Shown piece after piece: positions 30,101 to 38,723 of a stretch of 64,000 nucleotides of DNA; the stretch's first letter is position 1, and every line of letters starts with the position of its first letter. The notes beneath the pieces were generated by a model that was not told the origin of the DNA, ran no database searches, and worked only from the letters and a program-made list of their open reading frames with translations. Source of the stretch: Armatimonadota bacterium (GTDB taxonomy: Bacteria; Armatimonadota; Fimbriimonadia; Fimbriimonadales; GBS-DC); contig JBBIJY010000001.1 of assembly GCA_037445735.1 (NCBI GenBank), forward strand, positions 63,883-127,882. The letters run 5' to 3'. Position numbers and translations under genes: made by a program.

Positions 30101-30241
30101 CGCCCGATTGACATAACCCGCAGCCGCCGCGCTGCACCGATACTGTACCCGTTCGCAAGCAAGTAAGTCAAGAGGTCGGGGCATCCCTTGATTTCTTAGT
30201 CAGGCTAAAGGTATACTCTATAAAGAATGGAGGCAATGGCT

Positions 30242-30616
30242 ATGCAGACGGAGATGAGAGAGGCTTTGCAGGAGGCGTTTACGGCGTCCGAGGGCGGCTT
30301 TGTCGCGATTAACTACATCACCTGCACGCCCGAATACCGCGAGCGGTTTGAGTATCTCTTTCGCACGCGCGCTCGCGCGATCGACAGGATGCCTGGCTTT
30401 CGCGGGATGTATGTATTGCGTCCCCAGCGCGAGGGTGATCCCTATCTGGTGGTCAGCCACTGGGACAGCGAGGAGCATTTTCGCGCGTGGGTTCAGTCGC
30501 CTGAGTTTCTGGAGGGACATCGGCGCGGTTTTGAGGACATTCGCGAGGCGAAGGCGCGTGGCGAACAGCCCCCGATGACCTCCGACTTCCGCACCTACGA
30601 GGTGATTGCCCGCTAA
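30242..30616 (+). CDS. Antibiotic biosynthesis monooxygenase (ABM) / heme-degrading monooxygenase-like protein
   Basis: ABM-like core (FVAINYITCTPEYRERFEYLFRTRARAIDRMPGFRGMYVLRP...VVSHWDSEEHFRAWVQSPEF). ATG 30242 lies 8 nt after GGAGG (30229-30233); alternative in-frame ATGs at 30227 and 30236. Confidence 0.75.
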   Translation: MQTEMREALQEAFTASEGGFVAINYITCTPEYRERFEYLFRTRARAIDRMPGFRGMYVLRPQREGDPYLVVSHWDSEEHFRAWVQSPEFLEGHRRGFEDIREAKARGEQPPMTSDFRTYEVIAR

Positions 30617-30635
30617 GCCCGGCATGCGGTACAAT
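30606..30635 (+). promoter_or_regulatory. Putative promoter of TA cassette 1 (TTGCCC-N18-TACAAT)
   Basis: The -10 TACAAT at 30630-30635 ends 8 nt before the GTG at 30644, so the transcript would be leaderless or nearly so. The same architecture recurs at 31400-31429. Confidence 0.4.
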
Positions 30636-30705
30636 AGGGTCGGGTGAAACCCGTGCCGAAACTGGAACTGACGGATGAGCAGGTTGTGGAGCTGATTCTG
30701 CAGCT
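30619..30705. repeat. Conserved 5' boundary block of TA cassette 1 (pairs with 31413..31499)
   Basis: 30619-30684 matches 31413-31478 with two mismatches seen (30621 and 30640); similarity then decays over the next ~20 nt. Offset is 794 nt. Confidence 0.85.
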
Positions 30706-30907
30706 ACCACCAGAGCGACAGAGAGCGGTACTGCAGATACTGAACGCCGCGCGCGATGCATGGTGGGCGCGTATCGTAGCAGAAGGTGAACAGCAAATGC
30801 GCCGTCTCTGTGCTGAACGCGGGCTAAACTGGGACTCGATGACCGAAGAGGAACGCGAAGCGTTTATTGACGACCTGATCCACGAGGATCGCGCGTGCGC
30901 CCAATAG
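30644..30907 (+). CDS. Putative antitoxin of PIN-toxin module 1
   Basis: 87-aa ORF with a GTG start that overlaps the downstream PIN gene by 13 nt. The N-terminal MKPVPKLELTDEQV is shared with the cassette 2 antitoxin. The start could instead be the GTG at 30653. Confidence 0.55.
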   Translation: MKPVPKLELTDEQVVELILQLPPERQRAVLQILNAARDAWWARIVAEGEQQMRRLCAERGLNWDSMTEEEREAFIDDLIHEDRACAQ

Positions 30908-31308
30908 CGGTATTTGATACCAACATTCTATTTTCTGGCTTGGGCTGGCAGGGGACAGCTCATCAGTGCCTTCAACTGGCGCGCGGAGGTCTGGTGGAAT
31001 CGGTGACCTGCCAGGAAATATTGAGCGAGCTGCAAAATGCGCTTCGACTAAAGCGGCGAATGCCTGAAGAAGATATTGTTAGAGCTATAAGCGAGATTTC
31101 GCTTTTCTCGAGGGTTGTTCATATATCGAACGCCCTTTCTGGCATCGTGGCAGACCCTGATGATCATAAGGTGCTGGAGTGTGCGGTGGTAGGGGGTGCG
31201 ACGCATATCGTTACGGGCGACCGTCGCCATCTCTTGCCACTGGACAGCTATCAGGGCATCGCCATCGTCAGCGCCGCCGATTTTGTGAAGCTCCTCACTC
31301 CGCCATGA
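30895..31308 (+). CDS. PIN-domain toxin (putative toxin-antitoxin system ribonuclease)
   Basis: MRPIAVFDTNILFSGL... (first acidic PIN residue in DTN), then ...HIVTGDRRHLL. 137 aa. GTG start overlaps the antitoxin stop. Confidence 0.75.
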   Translation: MRPIAVFDTNILFSGLGWQGTAHQCLQLARGGLVESVTCQEILSELQNALRLKRRMPEEDIVRAISEISLFSRVVHISNALSGIVADPDDHKVLECAVVGGATHIVTGDRRHLLPLDSYQGIAIVSAADFVKLLTPP

Positions 31309-31316
31309 CAGGAACC
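31277..31316. repeat. Conserved 3' boundary block of TA cassette 1 (identical to 32078..32117)
   Basis: The 40-nt sequence ccgattttgtgaagctcctcactccgccatgacaggaacc is present at both sites. Here it encodes the toxin C-terminus (ADFVKLLTPP*). Confidence 0.9.
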
Positions 31317-31399
31317 CCCATCGTGTTTGTGCTGGATCGGGCATAAGGCGCACGCAGTGGTTGACATGCGGGCATCGAGCTTTCACACCTGCGGAGCGA

Positions 31400-31429
31400 T
31401 TGCTCGCCAGAGCCAGCATGCGGTACAAT
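31400..31429 (+). promoter_or_regulatory. Putative promoter of TA cassette 2 (TTGCTC-N18-TACAAT)
   Basis: The -10 TACAAT at 31424-31429 ends 8 nt before the GTG at 31438; it lies within the duplicated 5' block. Confidence 0.4.
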
Positions 31430-31499
31430 AGGGTCAGGTGAAACCCGTGCCGAAACTGGAACTGACGGATGAGCAGGTCATCGAGCTGGTGCGCCAGCT
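31413..31499. repeat. Conserved 5' boundary block of TA cassette 2
   Basis: See 30619..30705. Confidence 0.85.
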
Positions 31500-31707
31500 A
31501 TCGCCCATCAGCAAGCAGAAGGTGCTGGAGGCGCTGGTGAAAGATGCTTCTGTGGCAGAAGGCGAGCCGCCTGCTACAGATACAGAGGCTTTCACCGCGC
31601 TACCCTGCTTCGGGATGTGGTCTGACCGCGAAGAGATGCGCGACAGCGCGGATTGGGTACGCAAGGAGCGAGCGCGATGGCAACAACGAATGGAGCCGCA
31701 GGACTAA
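31438..31707 (+). CDS. Putative antitoxin of VapC-type module 2
   Basis: 89-aa ORF with the same first 14 residues as 30644..30907 but a divergent remainder. Overlaps the downstream PIN gene. Confidence 0.55.
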   Translation: MKPVPKLELTDEQVIELVRQLSPISKQKVLEALVKDASVAEGEPPATDTEAFTALPCFGMWSDREEMRDSADWVRKERARWQQRMEPQD

Positions 31708-32045
31708 CCGATACCGACATTCTTGTTGATGCCCTGCGAGGCTTTGCAGATGGAATCGCATTTCTGGCTAACCAACACGCGACTTCAGGCGTCCGAATCA
31801 GCATCGTCTCGGCGATGGAACTGGTTGCGGGCTGCCGCAACGCTACAGAACTCGCTCTGCTACAACAGTTTCTTCAGCACATCATCCTTTTGCCAGTCAG
31901 CACTTCCATTTCGCAAAGAGCCTACCAGTTGATGGAATCGTATTTTCTCAGTCATGGCTTACTTATCCCTGACGCCCTGATAGCAGCCACCGCGATGGAG
32001 CATGATTTGGTACTGTATACTAAAATACTCGCCACTTCCAGATGA
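31677..32045 (+). CDS. vapC: VapC-type PIN-domain toxin, probably frameshifted near the 3' end (restored end at 32077)
   Basis: MATTNGAAGLTDTDILVDAL...ISIVSAMELV...LIPDALIAATAMEHDLVLYTK. After the A4 run (32022-32025) the -1 frame reads NTRHFQMIPELQLLRPY*, a typical VapC C-terminus, while the annotated frame gives ILATSR*. Confidence 0.7.
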   Translation: MATTNGAAGLTDTDILVDALRGFADGIAFLANQHATSGVRISIVSAMELVAGCRNATELALLQQFLQHIILLPVSTSISQRAYQLMESYFLSHGLLIPDALIAATAMEHDLVLYTKILATSR

Positions 32046-32077
32046 TACCTGAACTGCAGCTACTCCGCCCCTACTAA

Positions 32078-32117
32078 CCGATTTTGTGAAGCTCCTCACT
32101 CCGCCATGACAGGAACC
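32078..32117. repeat. Conserved 3' boundary block of TA cassette 2 (non-coding here)
   Basis: Identical 40 nt to 31277..31316. It begins immediately after the TAA (32075-32077) of the frame-restored VapC. Confidence 0.9.
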
Positions 32118-32145
32118 TCCTCTTTTCAGGGCGAAACGAGGGGGT

Positions 32146-35100
32146 ATGCGGTGGGTTCGTAGAGGCTGGCTGGTTGGATGGCTGGTTGGTGTGATTGCTG
32201 GCGGGTACGCGCAGGCGGTGGTGAAGTTCGCGCGGTATCCTGCGCCATCGCCCGACGGCACACAACTGGTCTTCTCCTATCAGGGCGATTTATGGCTGGC
32301 GCCCCTCACAGGCGGACAGGCACAACGGCTCACCGTACACGAGGGTTATGATTTCGCGCCCGTGTGGTCGCCCGACGGTAAAAAGATTGCCTTCACCTCC
32401 GATCGCTACGGCAACGACGATCTGTTCGTGCTGTATCTGGACACGGGGCGCATTCAGCGGCTGACATGGTATTCGGGCACCGATCGCACGCTGGGCTGGA
32501 CGCCCGACAGTCAGGCGGTGATTTTCGAATCTCAGCGCGACTGGGAGCCGTATGGGGTGCGCTCGGTATCCTATGTGGCGCCGTTGAGTGGCGGCACGCC
32601 GTATCGCCTGCACGATGTGGAGGGCACGCCCGCCGCGCTCGCGCCCGACGGCAAGCAAGTCGCCTTCGTGCGTCGCCATAGCGCATGGTGGCGCAAGGGC
32701 TATCGGGGCAGCGCGACGGGCGACCTGTGGCTCCATCAGCTCGACAGCGACCGCTTCGTTCGCCTGACCGACACCGACACGCCCGATACCTTCCCGATGT
32801 GGGCGCCCGACGGACGCACGCTCTACTTCGTTTCCGAGCGCGATGGAACCTATAACCTCTACGCGATGGAGGTCGCCACACGGCGGGTGCGCCCGCTCAC
32901 ACGCTTCAAAGAGGACGGCGTGCGCTTCCCGCAAATCAGTGCGAACGGGCGCGTGATCGTCTTCGAGCAGGGCATGGATATCTGGCGGCTGGAGCTGCCG
33001 TCGGGCAATCTGCAGCCCATCGCGCTCACCATCCCTGCCGACGATGAACGCGGCATGCCAGAGGTCGTGCGCACTTTCACGGGCAACATCTCCGAGTATG
33101 CCGTTGCGCCCAGCGGCAAGGAGGTCGCTTTCGTGGTGCGTGGCGAAATCTTCGCGACGCGCTTCCCCGACGGCGGCATCACGCGCAATCTCACAGAGAC
33201 CGTCGAACCCGAATCGGGACTCACATGGTCGCCCGACAGCAAGGTGCTGATTTTCGCTGCAGAGCGGGAGGGTCAGAGCGACCTCTATCGGCTCACTTCG
33301 GATGACCCCGAAGAACCGCGCCTGCGCCGCGCTCGCAAGCTCAGGCTCGAACCGCTCACTCAAACGCCCGACAGCGAGACCTCCCCACGCCTCTCGCCAG
33401 ACGGCAAAAAGCTTGCCTTCCGTCGCGGCGCGGGCGATCTGGTGGTGATGGACATCGAGACGCGGCAGGAGCGCGTGCTGGTCAAAGGCTGGAACCTGGG
33501 CGATTTCCTCTGGTCGCCCGACAGTCGCTGGCTGGCGTATGAGCAGGCGGACGAGAACTACAACAGCGACATCTGGATTGTATCGGCGGAGGGCGGCGAG
33601 CCAGTGAACCTGACGCGCCATCCGCGCAACGACAGCTCGCCCTCATGGTCGGCGGATGGGCGTGCGCTGGTGTTCCTCTCTGAACGCGACACCGACACGC
33701 CCAATATCTACTTCGTCTATCTGCGCAAAGAGGACGACGAGAAGACCCGCGCCGACCGCGAGGACGAGGAAGACGCCCGCCACGACGCGCCCAGCAAAGA
33801 GGGGAAAACGGAGCAGAAACCGCCACAGGTGCAGATCGACTTTGAGGACATTCACCTGCGCATTCGCGCCGTCACGCGCTATGCGGACGGCGTACAGGAG
33901 GCAGTCGTCTCACCCGATGCGGAGCGCATCGCCTACCGCACCGCCTATCAGGGTCAGTCGGACCTCTATACTATCAGGTGGGATGGCACGGACGAAAAGC
34001 GGCTCACCACGGGCGGGATGAACCCGACACAAATCGTCTGGAGCAGCGACGGCAAAACGCTCTACTTTCTGAGCCGGGGGCGCCTACAGCGCGTCGCGGC
34101 GACGGGCGGCACGCCGCAGGCGACCAGCACCGAAGTGCAGATTCGCATCCGTCCCGATGCCGAGCGCGCCTACCTGCTCGATGCCGTCTGGCGCACGCTG
34201 AACGAAACCTTCTATGATCCCAACTTTCACGGCGTCAACTGGAGCGCGATGCGCATAAAGTATCGCCCCTATCTGCCCTACGCGCGGGCGGAGCGCGACT
34301 TCACTGCGCTGGTCTATCTGATGCTGGGCGAGCTGCGCTCGTCGCATGTGAGCTTCAGCCCCGCGCAGGGCGATTCAGAAGAGGGCGGTCAGCCAACTGG
34401 CATGCTGGGCGTGGTGTGGAGTAATCGGCGCGATGGGGAAGGCTTGCTGATTGAGCGTGTTCTGCCGAACACGCCCGCCGCCCGCCGCGAGGTCAACCTC
34501 CAGCCAGGCGAGCGCGTGCTAACAATCGACGGACAGCGCATCACGCCCACCACCAGTGTGTGGCGGCTGTTAGAGGGCAAGGTGGATAAGCGGGTTGAAC
34601 TGCTGGTGCGTCAGCCTGATGGCAAGGAGCGCAGAGTGTACTTGCGCCCCATCTCAATCAGCGAATATAACCACGCCCGCTATCGCGACTGGGTGCAGCG
34701 CAATCGGCGCTATGTGGAGCAGAAGAGTGGGGGCAGGCTGGGCTATGTGCATATTCAGGCGATGGGCGAACAGAGCCTGCGCGAGTTCATTCGCGACCTC
34801 TATGCCGCCGCCTACGGCAAGCAGGGGCTGATCATCGATGTGCGCTTCAACGGTGGCGGGCGCACCGCCGATTACCTGCTCGCGATTCTGCATGTGCCGC
34901 GCCATGCCTACACCGTCGGGCGTGGCGGCAAGCCCGGCTACCCGCACGACCGCCTGCCCGTGCCCGAATGGACGAAACCCATCGCCGTGCTGTGCAACTA
35001 CGCCAGTTTCAGCAACGCCGAGATTTTCGCGCACGCTATCAAGACGCTCCGACGCGGACCGCTCATCGGCACACCCACCGCAGGCGGGGTCATCAGCACA

Positions 35101-35307
35101 GGACAGCGCACCCTGATGGACGGCAGCCGCGTCAGCACGCCCGGACGCGGCTGGTACACCATCGATAAGGGTATCAACCTGGAGGGCAACGGCGCCCAGC
35201 CCGACCACCTTGTGGAAGACATGCCCGATGACCTGACAGCAGGGCGCGACCGCCAGCTCGATAAAGCCATCGAAGCGCTGCTGGAGCGCCTGCGCCAAGG
35301 CGGCTGA
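32146..35307 (+). CDS. Tricorn protease homolog (TolB-like beta-propellers, PDZ, S41 peptidase domain)
   Basis: 1053 aa. Repeated SPDG/APDG propeller motifs (PAPSPDGTQLVF, WSPDGKKIAFTSDR...), a PDZ-like segment (GLLIERVLPNTPAA...GERVLTIDG), and an S41 region (GLIIDVRFNGGGRTADYL, SNAEIFA). Confidence 0.85.
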   Translation: MRWVRRGWLVGWLVGVIAGGYAQAVVKFARYPAPSPDGTQLVFSYQGDLWLAPLTGGQAQRLTVHEGYDFAPVWSPDGKKIAFTSDRYGNDDLFVLYLDTGRIQRLTWYSGTDRTLGWTPDSQAVIFESQRDWEPYGVRSVSYVAPLSGGTPYRLHDVEGTPAALAPDGKQVAFVRRHSAWWRKGYRGSATGDLWLHQLDSDRFVRLTDTDTPDTFPMWAPDGRTLYFVSERDGTYNLYAMEVATRRVRPLTRFKEDGVRFPQISANGRVIVFEQGMDIWRLELPSGNLQPIALTIPADDERGMPEVVRTFTGNISEYAVAPSGKEVAFVVRGEIFATRFPDGGITRNLTETVEPESGLTWSPDSKVLIFAAEREGQSDLYRLTSDDPEEPRLRRARKLRLEPLTQTPDSETSPRLSPDGKKLAFRRGAGDLVVMDIETRQERVLVKGWNLGDFLWSPDSRWLAYEQADENYNSDIWIVSAEGGEPVNLTRHPRNDSSPSWSADGRALVFLSERDTDTPNIYFVYLRKEDDEKTRADREDEEDARHDAPSKEGKTEQKPPQVQIDFEDIHLRIRAVTRYADGVQEAVVSPDAERIAYRTAYQGQSDLYTIRWDGTDEKRLTTGGMNPTQIVWSSDGKTLYFLSRGRLQRVAATGGTPQATSTEVQIRIRPDAERAYLLDAVWRTLNETFYDPNFHGVNWSAMRIKYRPYLPYARAERDFTALVYLMLGELRSSHVSFSPAQGDSEEGGQPTGMLGVVWSNRRDGEGLLIERVLPNTPAARREVNLQPGERVLTIDGQRITPTTSVWRLLEGKVDKRVELLVRQPDGKERRVYLRPISISEYNHARYRDWVQRNRRYVEQKSGGRLGYVHIQAMGEQSLREFIRDLYAAAYGKQGLIIDVRFNGGGRTADYLLAILHVPRHAYTVGRGGKPGYPHDRLPVPEWTKPIAVLCNYASFSNAEIFAHAIKTLRRGPLIGTPTAGGVISTGQRTLMDGSRVSTPGRGWYTIDKGINLEGNGAQPDHLVEDMPDDLTAGRDRQLDKAIEALLERLRQGG

Positions 35308-35319
35308 TTCGCCGTTCGG

Positions 35320-36603
35320 CTACCGATAGCCTATCAGCACGGGGTTCTCCAGCACGCGCTTCAGCTCCTGTAAGAATCGGGCGCCCGTCGCACCGTCCAG
35401 CACGCGATGGTCGCACGAGAGCGTGACCTTCATGCGGGAGCGAGGCTGAATGGAGCCGTCGTCCATCACCACAGGCACCTTCTTCACCGCGCCAACCGCC
35501 AGAATCGCGCTCGCGGGCGGGTTGATAATCGCCGCGAACTCGTCAATATCGAACATGCCCAGATTCGACACGGTAAAGGTGTTGCCCGTCATCTCATCAG
35601 GTAACAGTTTGCCCTCGCGCGCCTTCTGGATGAGCGCCTGCGCCTCCTGCGCAATGCGCAGCAGCGGCTTGCTCTCGCAGTGGCGCACAACGGCGACCAG
35701 CAGACCCTCGTCCACCGCAACGGCGATCCCGATATGGATGCCGTCGGCATAGACCAGCGTCCCGTCGCGATAGGAGGCGTTGACAAGGGGGTGCTTCTCA
35801 ATCGCGACGGCACACGCCTTGAGAACCAGATCGTTCACGCTGACGCGCACGCCCTCCTCGAGGCGATTGAGCGTTTCGCGCAGGGCGAGCGCTTCCTCCA
35901 TGTCGATTTCGATGGTGAGGTAGAAGTGGGGGATGGTCTGCTTGGCTTCGGTGGTGCGCTGAGCGGTGATCTGGCGCAGGCGGTTCAACGACTCCGTGCG
36001 GGCGGCGATGGGCGCAGGTGCAGGCGCGACGGCAGCGGGTTGCGCCGCGCGCTGCTGGAGATACGCCAGCACATCGCGCTCCACGATGCGCCCCTGCGGT
36101 CCCGTGCCTTTCAGCAGGCGCAGGTCGATGCCATGCTCCCGCGCGATTTTGCGAGCGAGCGGGGAGGCGAGGATGCGTTCAGCCCTCACCCCCTGACCCT
36201 CTCCCCCGCTGGGGGCGAGGGGAGTTTCAGCCCTCTCCCCCACTGGGGGAGAGGGTACGGGTGAGGGGGCAATCGTGGGCGGGACGCCCACGCTACTCGG
36301 TGGTACGGGTGAGGGGGCTTCGGCAGGTTTGCCGTCCCGATCAAGTTCGGCGGGCAGCGATTCGCCTTCGGCTAAGATATACGCCAGCGGGGTGTTGATG
36401 GGCACGGTCGCGCCCTCCTGAACACGAATGCCGCGCAGGATACCCGATGCGGGCGCCTCCAGCTCAATCGTTGCCTTGTCGGTCGCGATTTCAGCAATCG
36501 GCTCGCCCGCTTTGACCATCTCGCCCTCCTGCTTGAGCCAGCGGACGAGCGTGCCCTCCTCCATCGCGTCGCCCATCTTCGGCATTATCACGGTCTGCAT
36601 CAT
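35320..36603 (-). CDS. pdhC: Dihydrolipoamide acyltransferase (E2) of a pyruvate/2-oxoacid dehydrogenase complex
   Basis: Lipoyl domain (EIATDKATIELEAP), Pro/Ala/Gly linker, subunit-binding domain (ASPLARKIAREHGIDL), and catalytic DHRVLDG. Confidence 0.9.
   Translation of the reverse strand: MMQTVIMPKMGDAMEEGTLVRWLKQEGEMVKAGEPIAEIATDKATIELEAPASGILRGIRVQEGATVPINTPLAYILAEGESLPAELDRDGKPAEAPSPVPPSSVGVPPTIAPSPVPSPPVGERAETPLAPSGGEGQGVRAERILASPLARKIAREHGIDLRLLKGTGPQGRIVERDVLAYLQQRAAQPAAVAPAPAPIAARTESLNRLRQITAQRTTEAKQTIPHFYLTIEIDMEEALALRETLNRLEEGVRVSVNDLVLKACAVAIEKHPLVNASYRDGTLVYADGIHIGIAVAVDEGLLVAVVRHCESKPLLRIAQEAQALIQKAREGKLLPDEMTGNTFTVSNLGMFDIDEFAAIINPPASAILAVGAVKKVPVVMDDGSIQPRSRMKVTLSCDHRVLDGATGARFLQELKRVLENPVLIGYR
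36182..36318. repeat. Cluster of about 2.5 GC-rich palindromic elements inside the E2 linker coding region
   Basis: gccctcaccccctgaccctctcccccgctgggggcgagggga, then ccctctcccccactgggggagagggtacgggtgagggggc, then gtacgggtgagggggc. Translated on the minus strand as APSPVPP...APSPVPSPPVGERAETPLAPSGGEGQGVRA. Confidence 0.75.
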
Positions 36604-36613
36604 TCCAGCCTCC

Positions 36614-37588
36614 CTATGTCAGCACCTGCCTGACCGCCGCGATCACATCGTCCACCTGCGGGTAGGCGGCGCGTTCCAGATATTTGTTGTAGGGCATCGG
36701 CACATCGGCGCCCGCCACGCGCAGCACGGGCGCGTCCAGCCAGTCGAACGCCTGCTCCTGAATCTGGGCGGCAATCTCCGCGCCGAAGCCGCAGTAGCGC
36801 CAGTCATCGTGCAGGGCAATCGCGCGGTGCGTCTTGCGCACCGAGTTGAACACCGTCTCCCAGTCGCAGGGCATGAGCGTGCGCAGGTCGACAATCTCCA
36901 CCTCGATACCCTCCTGCTGGAGGCGTTCGGCAGCCTGCTGGGCGAGCAGCACCCCGCGCGAATAGGTGATGATCGACACATCGCGCCCGACGCGCTTGAT
37001 GTCCGCCACGCCGAACGGGATGGTGTATTCACCATCGGGCACCTCACCCCGCGTCAGGTACAGCTGCGGATGCTCAATAAACATCACGGGGTTATTGTCG
37101 CGGATGGCGGTCTTCAGCAGCCCTTTGGCGTCGGCAGGTGTGGAGGGCAGCACCACCTTCAAGCCCGGCGAATGCGCCACCCACAGCTCGAAACTGTGCG
37201 AATGCTGGGCTGCCAGCTGCTTGCCCGGTCCAGCAGGACCGCGAATCACGAGCGGCACAGGGCATGCCCCGCCCGATTTGTAGAGAATCTTCGCCGCATG
37301 GTTCACAATCTGATCCATCGCCAGGAAGGCGAAGCTCCAGGTCATCACCTCCACGACGGGTCGCAGTCCCTCCATCGCCGCCCCGATCGCAATCGCGATA
37401 AAGCCCGGCTCGGAGATGGGCGTGTCCCACACCCGATTCGGTCCATACTTCTGGAACAGCCCCTCCGTGACGCGAAAAGTGCCCTGATAGCGTCCGATGT
37501 CTTCGCCAATCAGGAACACCGTTTCGTCTCTGTCCATCTCCTCGATCAGCGCTTCGCGAATGGCTTCGCGGAACAGTCTGGTTGCCAT
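36614..37588 (-). CDS. pdhB: 2-oxoacid (pyruvate) dehydrogenase E1 component, beta subunit
   Basis: 324 aa. MATRLFREAIREALIEEMDRDETVFLIGEDIG... and the transketolase-like Pyr/C-terminal domains typical of E1 beta. Confidence 0.9.
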   Translation of the reverse strand: MATRLFREAIREALIEEMDRDETVFLIGEDIGRYQGTFRVTEGLFQKYGPNRVWDTPISEPGFIAIAIGAAMEGLRPVVEVMTWSFAFLAMDQIVNHAAKILYKSGGACPVPLVIRGPAGPGKQLAAQHSHSFELWVAHSPGLKVVLPSTPADAKGLLKTAIRDNNPVMFIEHPQLYLTRGEVPDGEYTIPFGVADIKRVGRDVSIITYSRGVLLAQQAAERLQQEGIEVEIVDLRTLMPCDWETVFNSVRKTHRAIALHDDWRYCGFGAEIAAQIQEQAFDWLDAPVLRVAGADVPMPYNKYLERAAYPQVDDVIAAVRQVLT

Positions 37589-37603
37589 GCTGGAAACCTC
37601 CGT

Positions 37604-38611
37604 TCAGTCGGCGAACACATGCTGCCAGAGCTCGTCCAGCGGTGGGTCAGCGCTCTCATCGGCGTAGCGGGCAGCTTCTTCGACGATGCGCTGCGCCTGC
37701 TGGTCAATCGCTTCCAGCTCCTGCTCGGTGCAGATGCCGTTCTGCAGCAGGTAGTGTTGCAGGTTCGGGATGGGGTCGCGCTTGCGCCACTCTTCGATCT
37801 CCTCGCGCGTGCGATACGAGCCAGGATCGGTGATGTCGGCGGCGCCGTGCCCCACGAAGCGATAGGTGATTGCCTCCACGAAGTAGGGTTCCTGGCGCGT
37901 GCGCACATGGTGGATGATCTCGCGCGCCGCCTCGCGCACCTTCAGCACATCCATGCCGTCGATCTGGCAGCTGGGAAAGCCGTACACGGAGGCGCGCTCC
38001 GCCAGGTTCGTCACCGCCGAGTGCAGTTCGACGGGCGTGCCCATCGCGTACTTATTGTTCTCCACGATGTAGACGATGGGCAGCTTCCACAGCCCTGCCA
38101 TATTGAGGCATTCGTGCAGCAGTCCGGCGTTCATCGCGCCGTCGCCGAAGAAGCAGAGCGTGATGCCGTCGCTCTGCCGATACTTCTGGCTGAAGGCGAC
38201 GCCCGTCGCGATGCCGATCACGCCGCCCACAATCGCGTAGCCACCCAGAAAGTTATGCGCCTTATCATAAAAGTGCATCGAGCCGCCCTTGCCGCGGCAC
38301 AGCCCGGTGACCTTGCCGTACAGTTCCGCCATCACGCGGCGCGGGTCGCTGCCCAGCGCCAGCACATAGCCGTGATCGCGATAGTGCCCCAGCACGCGGT
38401 CGTTCGGCTGCAACTGCGAGATGAAGCCAACTGCCAGCGCCTCCTCACCGATATACAGGTGAAGATAGCCACCAATCTTGTCCTGGCGATACGCCCGATC
38501 GCAGTGCTGCTCGAAGTGCCGAATCAGCACCATCTGGCGATAGAGTTCCAGCAGCTCCTCGCGCTCCTCTTTGGAGAGCGCCGCCTTTTTCGTTCGGGTA
38601 CGGGTACTCAT
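37604..38611 (-). CDS. pdhA: 2-oxoacid (pyruvate) dehydrogenase E1 component, alpha subunit
   Basis: Internal ATG (M39) of ORF 37604..38725, preceded by GGAGG (rc of 38617-38621). LELYRQMVLIRHFE, and a ThDP motif (FFGDGAMNAG...NN). Confidence 0.9.
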   Translation of the reverse strand: MSTRTRTKKAALSKEEREELLELYRQMVLIRHFEQHCDRAYRQDKIGGYLHLYIGEEALAVGFISQLQPNDRVLGHYRDHGYVLALGSDPRRVMAELYGKVTGLCRGKGGSMHFYDKAHNFLGGYAIVGGVIGIATGVAFSQKYRQSDGITLCFFGDGAMNAGLLHECLNMAGLWKLPIVYIVENNKYAMGTPVELHSAVTNLAERASVYGFPSCQIDGMDVLKVREAAREIIHHVRTRQEPYFVEAITYRFVGHGAADITDPGSYRTREEIEEWRKRDPIPNLQHYLLQNGICTEQELEAIDQQAQRIVEEAARYADESADPPLDELWQHVFAD

Positions 38612-38723
38612 AGCAACCTCCTTCTGTGCGCGGAGTGCCTGCCGCCCCATCGCGTGCAACGCCGACGCATCATAAGTGTACCCGACTGACAGGCGGGAAT
38701 GCCGTTTCGGGGCGCGAATCACC

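Noticed and set aside
30606-32117. TA cassettes as integron gene cassettes
   Set aside because: No integrase gene is present in the window. The conserved 40-nt and 66-nt blocks do not show the imperfect inverted-repeat structure of attC sites that I could recognise.
36428-38689. 753-aa ORF on the plus strand
   Set aside because: It lies entirely antisense to the well-supported pdhB and pdhA genes. The translation is Arg/Ala/His/Gln-rich with no motifs. Long stop-free antisense frames are expected in high-GC DNA.
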